From assembly GCA_051647685.1 (NCBI GenBank), contig JBOFEG010000020.1:1-63270 (forward strand): a stretch of DNA of 63,270 nucleotides. The letters run 5' to 3'. The notes under the pieces are model-generated. The model was not told where the DNA came from, did not search any database, and saw only the letters and a program-made list of their open reading frames with translations. Position numbers and translations under genes: made by a program. This document shows positions 29,346 through 38,310 of the stretch, in pieces; positions within the stretch are counted from its first letter, which is position 1, and every line of letters begins with the position of its first letter. Origin of the DNA: Chlamydiales bacterium. Lineage in GTDB: Bacteria; Chlamydiota; Chlamydiia; Chlamydiales; CALTSX01.

Positions 29346-30293
29346 ATGATGTATTATTTAAACAAATATGCAAGACATATAGTTGTACTCCTCTTATTAT
29401 CTTTATCACTAACTTCGTGTTCAAAATCCCAGAAAATTATTACCGGCGTAACAGAACGGGAAGCTAATATTATTGTAGTATTTTTAGAAGCGCGTGGCAT
29501 CCGCTCTAATAAAGTTCGCGTATCGGGAGGGTCTACTACTGCAGCAGAACAGCTCGCTAAATTTGACATTACTGTTAAGAAGAATCAATCTATCCAAGCT
29601 ATGGCTCTTTTAAATCAAAATGGTTTCCCAAAACAGAGGTACATCACGCTCTTGCAGCTTTTTCAGGCATCCGGATTCATGACTTCAGAAAGAGAAGAAA
29701 ATATTCGATACCAGGCCGGACTTGCGGAACAAATCAATAATATGATTACGATGATCGACGGAGTCATTGACTCTAATGTACAGCTTTCCTTTCCTACAAC
29801 AGAAACTACTGCAATTGGCGCGAATACCACAGGAACACAAGAAAAACAACGAATTACAGCAGCTGTCTACGTAAAACACCAAGGCGTACTCGATGATCCA
29901 AATAACTATTTAGAAGATAAGATTAAAAGACTTGTATCCGGGAGTATTACGGGATTAAATATTAATGACGTGACGGTTGTTTCTGATCGATCTCGATTTA
30001 CAGATATATTGCCTTACGAGAGAGAAGATCGGCTCACCTCTTATCCAAAAGAAATGGTGAGTATCTGGTCAATTATTATGAATAGAGAGTCTGCACTTCG
30101 ATTTCGAATACTTTTTCTAATCTTAATTAGTGTAAGTACTTTATTATTGTTATTATTCGGTTGGACTATATGGAAAATTTATCCTATTTTTAAACAAAAA
30201 CATGGAGTAAGAAAACTTTTTAGTTTAAAACCATTCACTAATTTATTAAATGACAATTCAGTGGCGCCTGCACCCATTGAGGAAGAGATTTGA
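29346..30293 (+). CDS. sctJ: type III secretion inner-membrane ring lipoprotein SctJ (CdsJ/YscJ)
   Basis: Lipobox LSLTSC followed by ITGVTEREANIIVVFLEARGI, and a C-terminal TM. Classic YscJ/PrgK family layout. Confidence 0.9.
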   Translation: MMYYLNKYARHIVVLLLLSLSLTSCSKSQKIITGVTEREANIIVVFLEARGIRSNKVRVSGGSTTAAEQLAKFDITVKKNQSIQAMALLNQNGFPKQRYITLLQLFQASGFMTSEREENIRYQAGLAEQINNMITMIDGVIDSNVQLSFPTTETTAIGANTTGTQEKQRITAAVYVKHQGVLDDPNNYLEDKIKRLVSGSITGLNINDVTVVSDRSRFTDILPYEREDRLTSYPKEMVSIWSIIMNRESALRFRILFLILISVSTLLLLLFGWTIWKIYPIFKQKHGVRKLFSLKPFTNLLNDNSVAPAPIEEEI

Positions 30294-31159
30294 AAGAAGC
30301 ATCAAAGATTGAATATATTTCTTGGATTACTACCAACTCTCTTATTAAACAATTTCTTACAGAAGAAGAGCAAAAAAAAATACATCATTATTTCTCTTCA
30401 AGTGATTTATCGCACCTGTCGGAATCTAAAACTATCTTTCGCATATCTCATATCGCTCCACAATACAGTGAAATACTGTCTCAAATTCATTACACTTGGC
30501 TTATTGCTATATTACAAAACTTGCCTAAACAAGAACAAACCCTATTCCTATCTGTTTTACCAACAGAATTATCTACTAAGTTAGCATCTCTTCTCTCCTG
30601 CGATTCACCAGGGTCTAACATGCCTCCTATTATGCAAGAATTTGCTCGAGTCTACCTGATGGAAGAATTACTAGAGGGGATTAGTTATTTATCTTTAGAA
30701 ACACTGCCTGATCATCCTTTGAATCGACTCTTAGAATTATCCTCTAAAGACCTAAAAGAATTGATTTCTACTTTAGGGTTACATGATCTTGCAATAGATA
30801 TGAAAAAATTAATCCGATCTTCTCTATTGAAACGCTTGCAGGAATCTCTATCTGGCAATGAATTAATGTATATTCGAAAGTTACAAAATAAAGGGGAAAA
30901 TATCCAACTTAGCTCTCTACATTTAGATAAATGGAATGGAGAAACGAATGCATTGCAGCGATTAATTTTTTTATGTGGAATTAATCGATTGGCGAAAGCA
31001 ATATATCCATGTCATTATCTCTTATTATGGAATATATCACATAGATTAAATAAAACAGTTCATTCATCACTATATGCTTTACACACCGATGTGAAAAATA
31101 AGAGAATCAAAGAAAAGCTCGTTCATGATATCCTAGAATTGATATTGCAAACTATTTGA
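30290..31159 (+). CDS. hypothetical protein in the SctK position of the chlamydial T3SS cluster
   Basis: Call rests on position only, between sctJ and sctL as in the Chlamydia cdsJ-(hypothetical)-cdsL arrangement. TTG start overlaps the sctJ stop (TTGA). No motif recognised. Confidence 0.45.
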   Translation: MKEASKIEYISWITTNSLIKQFLTEEEQKKIHHYFSSSDLSHLSESKTIFRISHIAPQYSEILSQIHYTWLIAILQNLPKQEQTLFLSVLPTELSTKLASLLSCDSPGSNMPPIMQEFARVYLMEELLEGISYLSLETLPDHPLNRLLELSSKDLKELISTLGLHDLAIDMKKLIRSSLLKRLQESLSGNELMYIRKLQNKGENIQLSSLHLDKWNGETNALQRLIFLCGINRLAKAIYPCHYLLLWNISHRLNKTVHSSLYALHTDVKNKRIKEKLVHDILELILQTI

Positions 31160-31178
31160 TACCCCAAGTTTTATTTAT

Positions 31179-31805
31179 ATGGCAAAAAGATTTACGTTGT
31201 TGAAAAACGATAAAGTTTTAATTAGTAGAAAAGAAAAAGTTATTCCTGCAAAGGAATTTGCAGTGCTTTTAGATGCAGAAGAACTGAAGAGTCATATAGA
31301 ACTTGAAATAAAAGAATTAAAGAAAAAAACAGAGAAAAAATGTAAAGAATTGGAAGCTAAAGCTCGCGATGCTGGATTTCAAGAAGGACTCCTAGAATTT
31401 AATAAACATGTGGTTGCATTAGAGGAAAAAAAAAGACAACTCTATCATGAAACGCAGCGCCTTATTATTCCACTCGCCTTGAAAGCTGCAAAAAAGATAG
31501 TGTCACAAGAATTGAAACTCAATCCAAATGTAATAGTAGAAATTGTAAAACAAACTTTGAAACCAGTACTACAGAATCATCGCATTAGAATTTTTGTAAA
31601 TAAAGAAGACAGGAATGTATTAGAATCGAATAAAGATTCTATAAAGTCCATTCTAGAACAAGTAGAAACCTTTAGCATTGAGGATCGTCCAGATATTGAA
31701 CAAGGTGGATGTATTATTGAAACAGAATTTGGTATTATTAATGCTACATTAGATAACCAGTGGAAAGCTTTAGAAGCTGCTTTTCAAGGTTTTATGAAAA
31801 ATTAA
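31179..31805 (+). CDS. sctL: type III secretion stator protein SctL (CdsL/YscL, FliH-like)
   Basis: 208 aa. Charged coiled-coil N-half, C-terminal GGCIIETEFGIINATLDNQW typical of the HrpE/YscL/FliH family. Confidence 0.75.
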   Translation: MAKRFTLLKNDKVLISRKEKVIPAKEFAVLLDAEELKSHIELEIKELKKKTEKKCKELEAKARDAGFQEGLLEFNKHVVALEEKKRQLYHETQRLIIPLALKAAKKIVSQELKLNPNVIVEIVKQTLKPVLQNHRIRIFVNKEDRNVLESNKDSIKSILEQVETFSIEDRPDIEQGGCIIETEFGIINATLDNQWKALEAAFQGFMKN

Positions 31806-31812
31806 GAAACTT

Positions 31813-32583
31813 ATGAAAATACGATTCGGCCTCTTATTATTTCTCTTTAGTGTTCTTCCCATTTTGTTGTATGCTCAAACGGCCCCAAGTTCCATAGAAG
31901 TTCCATCGGCAGGAGAGCCGCCTTCTTTAATTACTTCTATGGCAATTCTCACGGCGATGGCGCTGTTGCCTTTTGCAGTGATGATGCTGACCTCTTTTCT
32001 TAAAATTGTGGTTGTATTGTCTCTAATGCGAAACGCACTTGGTGTCCAGCAATCACCACCTAACCAAGCTATCAATGGTATTGCCATTCTTATGACTATT
32101 TATGTCATGTTTCCAACAGCAAACGCTATGTATTCTAGTGTTAAAGACCATTTAGATACATCACAAGGAAATGCATTATTTTCTACTACAACAGCTAGCC
32201 GAGTATTGGAAATTATAGACCGTTCAAAAGAACCACTCCGACAATTTCTGATGAGAAATACAATGATGAAAAATCAACAGTATTTTTATCAGCTCGCTTA
32301 TAAAAATTTTCCTGAGGAATATCGAACTGATTTATCGGTAAACGATTTTATTGTTTTATTGCCCTCTTATATTACAAGTCAGTTGAAAAGTGCTTTTGAA
32401 ATTGGAGTTCTCATCTATTTACCATTTTTCGTCATCGACATAGTGACTTCAAATATTTTACTTGCAATGGGAATGATGATGTTATCTCCTCTTACAATCT
32501 CACTCCCATTAAAATTACTTCTCATTGTAATGATGGATGGTTGGACTCTTGTAATTCAAGGATTAGTATTAACCTATCGGTAG
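31813..32583 (+). CDS. sctR: type III secretion export-apparatus protein SctR (CdsR/YscR, FliP family)
   Basis: LLPFAVMMLTSFLKIVVVLSLMRNALGVQQSPPNQ and GMMMLSP motifs of the FliP/SctR family. Confidence 0.9.
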   Translation: MKIRFGLLLFLFSVLPILLYAQTAPSSIEVPSAGEPPSLITSMAILTAMALLPFAVMMLTSFLKIVVVLSLMRNALGVQQSPPNQAINGIAILMTIYVMFPTANAMYSSVKDHLDTSQGNALFSTTTASRVLEIIDRSKEPLRQFLMRNTMMKNQQYFYQLAYKNFPEEYRTDLSVNDFIVLLPSYITSQLKSAFEIGVLIYLPFFVIDIVTSNILLAMGMMMLSPLTISLPLKLLLIVMMDGWTLVIQGLVLTYR

Positions 32584-32592
32584 GAGAGTTGT

Positions 32593-32859
32593 ATGTTCCA
32601 AAATGAAATTTATCAACTGACTAATCAGGCCTTATTATTAATTCTAATTTTATCGGGGCCTCCCGTTATCGTTAGTATGTTATTTGGACTAATAGTTGCT
32701 ATTTTTCAAGCAGCTACACAAATCCAAGAACAAACACTCTCTTTTACCATTAAATTGATTGCTGTCATTTTTATGTTAATGTTTTTCGGTGGATTCTTAA
32801 GCGCACAAATTATGCAATATGCTCGCACGATATTTAATAATTTTTATAAATGGCTGTAA
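32593..32859 (+). CDS. sctS: type III secretion export-apparatus protein SctS (CdsS/YscS, FliQ family)
   Basis: 88-aa two-TM protein with AIFQAATQIQEQTLSF motif. GGAGAG SD lies 4 nt upstream. Confidence 0.85.
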   Translation: MFQNEIYQLTNQALLLILILSGPPVIVSMLFGLIVAIFQAATQIQEQTLSFTIKLIAVIFMLMFFGGFLSAQIMQYARTIFNNFYKWL

Positions 32860-33690
32860 ATGCCTCCTTTCTTTAATACTGACATCTCTGAAGCTGAACT
32901 AACCCATTACCTAAGTTTATTTCTTTTAACTATTCTACGTCTCGGTCCTATCGTACGTTTGGCCCCCTTTTTAGGTGCAAAAGTTATGCCAGGAATGGCT
33001 CGTATGGGACTTATCTTAATTCTAGGGGTTATTTTTTTTCCCAATATCTTAGTTTATTCTACTTCAGGTCCTTTTGCCTTTAATCTTGTTTTCATTGGTT
33101 ATGCCTTTAAAGAATTAATACTTGGTTATATTTTAGGATTCTTCTCAACCGTCCCATTTCTGATCGCAAATTCAGCTGGGATTTTTATTGATTTTGTTCG
33201 CGGATCATCTATGCTCATGCAACAAGATATCACATTGCAACAGCAAGCTTCCCCACTCGGAATTCTATATAATTCTATTTTCATAGTAATTTTTTATCAA
33301 CTCAACGGCATATGGTTATTTTTCGATGCTGTTACTACTTCTTATCAAATCCTGCCGCCTTCAGCATGGTTCAATGCCAGTTTATTCTCACTTAATACCC
33401 CTCTATGGTCAAACGCTTTAACTATTTTGCACTCTATCATCGCAATATCTCTGCAATTAGCGGCTCCCTCTCTAGTGGCTATCTTAATGGCTGAAATTTT
33501 TCTTGGAATTGCCAATCGACTAGCTCCACAAGTACAGATTATTTTCTTAGGAATGCCTATCAAATCTTTGCTAGGGATCTTTTTTCTCTGGGCTGGATGG
33601 TTTTTCATTTTACCACAAGCAAATAAACAATTGCTTGCTTGGTTTAGATCATTAGAACAAATTATTTATAGTTTCAAATTATTTATATGA
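32860..33690 (+). CDS. sctT: type III secretion export-apparatus protein SctT (CdsT/YscT, FliR family)
   Basis: 276-aa polytopic protein abutting the sctS stop. Position and hydrophobic pattern match FliR/SctT. Confidence 0.85.
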   Translation: MPPFFNTDISEAELTHYLSLFLLTILRLGPIVRLAPFLGAKVMPGMARMGLILILGVIFFPNILVYSTSGPFAFNLVFIGYAFKELILGYILGFFSTVPFLIANSAGIFIDFVRGSSMLMQQDITLQQQASPLGILYNSIFIVIFYQLNGIWLFFDAVTTSYQILPPSAWFNASLFSLNTPLWSNALTILHSIIAISLQLAAPSLVAILMAEIFLGIANRLAPQVQIIFLGMPIKSLLGIFFLWAGWFFILPQANKQLLAWFRSLEQIIYSFKLFI

Positions 33691-33740
33691 ATATAAAAAT
33701 ATTTACTTGATATCATCAAAGTAATAATTATAATAGTGCG

Positions 33741-35489
33741 ATGATTAATCCAATATCGACCAACTCTATTACAGATGCTAACAATAGATTTTATACTGCT
33801 TGCAATATCATATCTACCATTGCGTTATTTGCATTGAAAGAAGCTACTTCCTTAGCTTTCACTCCATTTGCTATGTTAGGAATAACCACTTTAGTAGCCA
33901 ATTATTTTATTTTTGATGCCATTGCAACATCATCTCTGAACAATAAAAAGAAATTTATTCCTCTACAAATTTCATTAATTGCATTAATTGTCTTGGGGTG
34001 TGCTGTAACTAATATAATCTTTATTTCGCCTGCATTTTTCCTATCAAAAATTTTATCTGGATTAATAAGTGCAAAAATCTCATTTTGTATAGCAGATCTC
34101 CCTGCATACATGCTTCTTCTTTCCGTTGTATCCTGTCCCTTAGAAACATTTTCTAAAATTATTCATTTATTTAAAAAAATCATCACAATTCATAATAGAT
34201 TATTACAACAACTGCGCTCACTCAATTCGTCTTCTCATCAAAGAACCTCAGTTCAAATTACATCGGCACATTGTTTTCAATTTATATTATCTTTCTTATT
34301 AGAAGCTATAACTCGTGGGGTCCGAGATGAGATAGATACGAATCAAAATACAATTGTATTTGAACATAGTCCAATACTTGCTCCTTATCTAATAACACAT
34401 ATTAATGAAACTACTCAGCCTATTTTGAACCCATCTCGATTTTTAGACATCTCCGAATATTTACAAGCATTGCCACAGGAAGTAGAGTTTCAAGAGGATC
34501 GAATGATAACATTCCAAACGCTTGTATTTGAATTTCAAAAGTTATCAATAGATTTACAGAAGAAATATTGTAATCAAATATTACAACATCATGATTTGCA
34601 ATGGATTGTGCCAACTGATTTAGGAATTATTCTACAAGAATACCATAATACACATATTGATTTAGCAACAGATGTAGATGTAATTATTACCACTGGCGTC
34701 TCCTTTACTAAAGAAATGTTAGAATTTGCAAACAAGAAACGAGATGTGCAAAGGTTAGACGAGTTAAATGATATAATGATTCGATATACCTCTTTACAGA
34801 ACTCCTTTAGAGAAAGCTTAAGTCACCAACCAGAAAATACTGATGCTCGAAGAAGAATTATAAGTCTTATTAATTCACTGTACTTGTTGTATGAAAAAAA
34901 TATAGTTCCAATGCGCTTCCAATTTCCTTATTATACTTCTAATGATGATATGGATCAACCGGCTTGGAATTACCTTGCTAGTAAATTTCCATATGATTTT
35001 TTTGAAAATCTACCAACACATCTATTTTCAAATACACAAGACCCCAACAAATTAGATGAGGATTTTAAAAAATATAAAATAAGTACAGCCAGAGAATTTA
35101 TCAAAGAGATATTTAATGATGATATTGAGGTTTTTCGAGCTTCTAGAAAAGAACAAGTTATTGAAAAACTAATTAATTACTGCACAAATAACTCTCTTTC
35201 TAATAAATATAAGATACAATTTCTAAAAATACGAAATCAGGCGCATGAAATAATTAAAATTTCTACTGCAATATTTACCTCTATTGTAGCACCATTATTG
35301 ATCCATCCCAAGGAATTTGCAGCAGGATCTATTTATGCAGTTATATCAAAAAAAAGAATATCCCCAGCTTCTATTCACAATGTATCTACATCCTTATTGG
35401 AAGGATTCTTTTTAACCGTAACTCCTTTTGGAGGTTTATGGGCAGGATGCCAGTTTACGGGTCAATATATCGTTCCATTATTGGATTAA
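33741..35489 (+). CDS. hypothetical membrane protein (candidate T3SS substrate / Inc-like)
   Basis: 582 aa. About five hydrophobic segments in the first ~140 aa, two more near the C-terminus, and a long polar middle. No cleavable signal. 50 nt downstream of sctT. Confidence 0.45.
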   Translation: MINPISTNSITDANNRFYTACNIISTIALFALKEATSLAFTPFAMLGITTLVANYFIFDAIATSSLNNKKKFIPLQISLIALIVLGCAVTNIIFISPAFFLSKILSGLISAKISFCIADLPAYMLLLSVVSCPLETFSKIIHLFKKIITIHNRLLQQLRSLNSSSHQRTSVQITSAHCFQFILSFLLEAITRGVRDEIDTNQNTIVFEHSPILAPYLITHINETTQPILNPSRFLDISEYLQALPQEVEFQEDRMITFQTLVFEFQKLSIDLQKKYCNQILQHHDLQWIVPTDLGIILQEYHNTHIDLATDVDVIITTGVSFTKEMLEFANKKRDVQRLDELNDIMIRYTSLQNSFRESLSHQPENTDARRRIISLINSLYLLYEKNIVPMRFQFPYYTSNDDMDQPAWNYLASKFPYDFFENLPTHLFSNTQDPNKLDEDFKKYKISTAREFIKEIFNDDIEVFRASRKEQVIEKLINYCTNNSLSNKYKIQFLKIRNQAHEIIKISTAIFTSIVAPLLIHPKEFAAGSIYAVISKKRISPASIHNVSTSLLEGFFLTVTPFGGLWAGCQFTGQYIVPLLD

Positions 35490-35712
35490 GTTGTAATCTA
35501 GCTAAATTAATATACATTTGTATTGTATTATTTTTTGCTATTTACGAAATTGAAGATATTTCAGACTTCTCTATGTAAATTCGATATCGCAAAAGAAAAA
35601 GTAAAATTTTTTCTTCTTTTTATTGACTCTATTTTTTTTAATTCATATGTTTATAGATTCAACTTAAATATTAAACTGAAATCATAGCTCAGGAAAAGGA
35701 GAAACCGATCTT

Positions 35713-37011
35713 ATGAAAACAACAGTAATAAAATGGCTTCCCGCCATAAGCATCCTTGGATGCTCCTTATTTAGCACGCTGACTGCTGACACTACGCACA
35801 GCAATTCAGTAACTGCTGGCATGATGAATTCCTCATACTGCCCAAGTGATTGTCCACCAAAACCATGTCCACCTACATGTTGCAAACCATGTTGTAAGCC
35901 ATGTCCAAAACCATGCCCTCCTCCATGTCCAAGACCATGTCCTCCTCCTCCTCCTCCATGTCCACAGCCATGCCCTCCCCCTCCTTGTGTTCCTTGCTGT
36001 GAACCGAATCCTTGTTGTCCACAAACTCCTGCATATGGTTATGAAGTTCCTTGTAATTTCGCTATTTTGCACGATGCCGGACCTAGGGTGTGTGATGGAA
36101 TTGACCTCTTCTTTACAGTTGATTTCATTTGGTGGACAGCGAGACAAGATTGCCTTGCATATGCGATAACTGCTCCAGATCCTGCTCCTGCAGACGAATG
36201 TTCTGGAAAACCTAAAGGCCATGTAAAACATCCCGATTTCCGTTGGAAACCGGGCTTTAAAGTAGGACTAGGTGCTAATCTTTGGCATGATGGTTGGGAT
36301 GCCTATGTTCAATATACATGGTTGCACGGTGGAACTAAAAAATCCCATGACAATCGTTGCTCTGACGATTCAACAACTTCTGGTACTTTAATACCTCTAT
36401 GGAAGTTAATAGGAGTTCAAGAGGATGATACATTCCGTACGTTTTCTAAAGCTAGTACGCGTTGGGACTTACATTTCAATGTTATTGATTTAGAAATTGG
36501 ACGTGGTTTCTTTGTAAGCCGATACGTAACTTTGCGACCATTCTCAGGACTCAAAATAACTTGGCAAAGACAGGATAACAAAAATCTTTATATCGGTACT
36601 GGCACGGCTATTATAAGAAACCGCAGTAAAACATGGGGTGTTGGTATTCGACCAGGTATTAATGCTAATTGGCACTTTACTAGAGAATTTGGAATATTTA
36701 GTGATTGGGCTTTTACTGCCTTAATGACTAAGTTTAACAATGACCGCGGTGATAAAACAATTACTACCGACGGAACTACCACTGCTGCTAAATACAACAA
36801 TAGCTTTTATAGCTTAAAAGGTGTCTTAGAACTTGCTCTAGGATTACGTTACGACATTTGGTTCGGATGCAATGATGCATTCCACTTTGGGCTATCAGCC
36901 GCTTGGGAAGAACAACTTTGGATTAACCAAAATAATCTTTTCAGTGAGTGCTGTTCTCAAGGAGATCTAATGTTACATGGACTCACCATCCAAGCTAGAT
37001 TAGATTTCTAA
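35713..37011 (+). CDS. outer-membrane beta-barrel protein (MOMP/porin-like) with Cys/Pro-rich N-terminal module
   Basis: Signal peptide (possible lipobox ILGC). Alternating aromatic beta-strand pattern (DFIWWTARQD, WDAYVQYTWLHG). Terminal ...LTIQARLDF with C-terminal Phe. GGAG upstream and a strong terminator downstream. Confidence 0.65.
   Translation: MKTTVIKWLPAISILGCSLFSTLTADTTHSNSVTAGMMNSSYCPSDCPPKPCPPTCCKPCCKPCPKPCPPPCPRPCPPPPPPCPQPCPPPPCVPCCEPNPCCPQTPAYGYEVPCNFAILHDAGPRVCDGIDLFFTVDFIWWTARQDCLAYAITAPDPAPADECSGKPKGHVKHPDFRWKPGFKVGLGANLWHDGWDAYVQYTWLHGGTKKSHDNRCSDDSTTSGTLIPLWKLIGVQEDDTFRTFSKASTRWDLHFNVIDLEIGRGFFVSRYVTLRPFSGLKITWQRQDNKNLYIGTGTAIIRNRSKTWGVGIRPGINANWHFTREFGIFSDWAFTALMTKFNNDRGDKTITTDGTTTAAKYNNSFYSLKGVLELALGLRYDIWFGCNDAFHFGLSAAWEEQLWINQNNLFSECCSQGDLMLHGLTIQARLDF
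35839..36018 (+). repeat. coding low-complexity Cys-Pro repeat (18 Cys + 30 Pro in 60 codons), includes (CCT)5 at 35941-35955
   Basis: CPSDCPPKPCPPTCCKPCCKPCPKPCPPPCPRPCPPPPPPCPQPCPPPPCVPCCEPNPCC, with reiterated CCATGTCC / CCATGCCC nucleotide units. Confidence 0.9.
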
Positions 37012-37036
37012 TCTGTTATTTCTCCCTTTGTAATAG

Positions 37037-37077
37037 AGCCCGAATCATTCATTTGAGTGATTCGGGCTTTTTATTTT
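37037..37077 (+). terminator. rho-independent terminator of the OMP gene
   Basis: Perfect 11-bp stem AGCCCGAATCA / TGATTCGGGCT (37037-37047 and 37058-37068), 10-nt loop, then TTTTATTTT. Confidence 0.8.
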
Positions 37078-37095
37078 CAAAAAATACAATTTTAT

Positions 37096-38310
37096 TTATG
37101 CAGTAAGAATAGATACAACATCTTCTAAATGATTTAAAAACTGATCAATTTCATTTTGCAGAGTATAGATACCAAAAGAAATACGTCCAACTGAGGTCAA
37201 TCCAAAATGTTGTAGAGTCGGTTGTGAACAAAGATGACCACTCCGAATAGATACTCCTTTAGCATTAAGCATTGTAGCTATGTCAAACATATGAATATCT
37301 TTTATAAAAAAGCTAATTAAGGATCCTCGTTTACTAGCATTTCCCATTAATTGTAGATTAGGAATTTTTTTAATTTGTTCAAGAGCATATCTTGTAATAC
37401 TTGTCTCATAGTTATAAATATTGGATTGCCCAATACCCTGTAAGTATTTAATAGCTTCGCCAAGCCCTATAGCTTGAGCAATCATAGGAGTTCCGGCTTC
37501 AAATTTTAAAGGAGAAGGAGCAAACCTAGTTTCAGCAATAGTCACTGATTCAATCATATCCCCTCCACTTTGATAAGGAGGCATCTGCTCTAGCAATTTA
37601 GATTTAGCATACAATATACCTATCCCATTTGGCCCATACATTTTATGGGCTGAAAAGGCATAAAAATCTACGTCTAGTTCTTGTACATTTATAGCCATAT
37701 GAGCAACAGCTTGTGCACCATCTATACAAACTTTTGCTCCTACAGAATGGGCTAGATCTATAATTTCCTTTATAGGATTTATTGTACCCGTATTATTCGA
37801 GATGTGGGCAATGGAAATTAAGCGAGTTTTACTAGAGATCCATTGTTGAAGTAATTCTATATCTAATTCTCCTAGATCTGTAATAGGCAAGTATCGAATG
37901 CGAAGATTTTTTTCTCGTGCAAGAATTTGCCAAGGCACGAAATTAGAGTGATGTTCCATTTGTGATACAATGATTTCATCGTTAGGCTGTAAAAGAGAGC
38001 CAAAAGAACTTGCAATGAGATTTAAACCTTCCGTAGTACTTTTAGTAAAAACGATCTCACTTTCTGACTCGGCTCCAATCCAATTTTGCACAAGTTTTCG
38101 AACACTGCAGTATTTTTCGGTTGTTTTAGTGCAGAGATCATAGATTGCACGGTGGACTGTTGCATATTCCATTTCATAGAATTGCATCATAGAATGGATC
38201 ACGCATTGCGGTTTATGCGATGTTGCAGCTGTATCAAGGTAGATCAACGATGGATTTGCCCGGAAAATAGGAAAATCTCGTCTGATTTCCTCTATATCAA
38301 ACTTATTCAT
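37096..38310 (-). CDS. sufS: cysteine desulfurase SufS
   Basis: PLP lysine region FSAHKMYGPNGIGILY and catalytic Cys loop RSGHLCSQP. Last gene of the suf operon. Confidence 0.9.
   Translation of the reverse strand: MNKFDIEEIRRDFPIFRANPSLIYLDTAATSHKPQCVIHSMMQFYEMEYATVHRAIYDLCTKTTEKYCSVRKLVQNWIGAESESEIVFTKSTTEGLNLIASSFGSLLQPNDEIIVSQMEHHSNFVPWQILAREKNLRIRYLPITDLGELDIELLQQWISSKTRLISIAHISNNTGTINPIKEIIDLAHSVGAKVCIDGAQAVAHMAINVQELDVDFYAFSAHKMYGPNGIGILYAKSKLLEQMPPYQSGGDMIESVTIAETRFAPSPLKFEAGTPMIAQAIGLGEAIKYLQGIGQSNIYNYETSITRYALEQIKKIPNLQLMGNASKRGSLISFFIKDIHMFDIATMLNAKGVSIRSGHLCSQPTLQHFGLTSVGRISFGIYTLQNEIDQFLNHLEDVVSILTA

Noticed and set aside
35833-36231. 132-aa minus-strand ORF and 107-aa plus-strand ORF (35846-36169) across the start of the OMP gene.
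   Set aside because: Both are by-products of the CCN/TGY repeat that encodes the Cys-Pro module (Trp/Arg-rich or His/Val/Leu-rich nonsense translations). Only the OMP frame has a signal peptide, SD, barrel and terminator.
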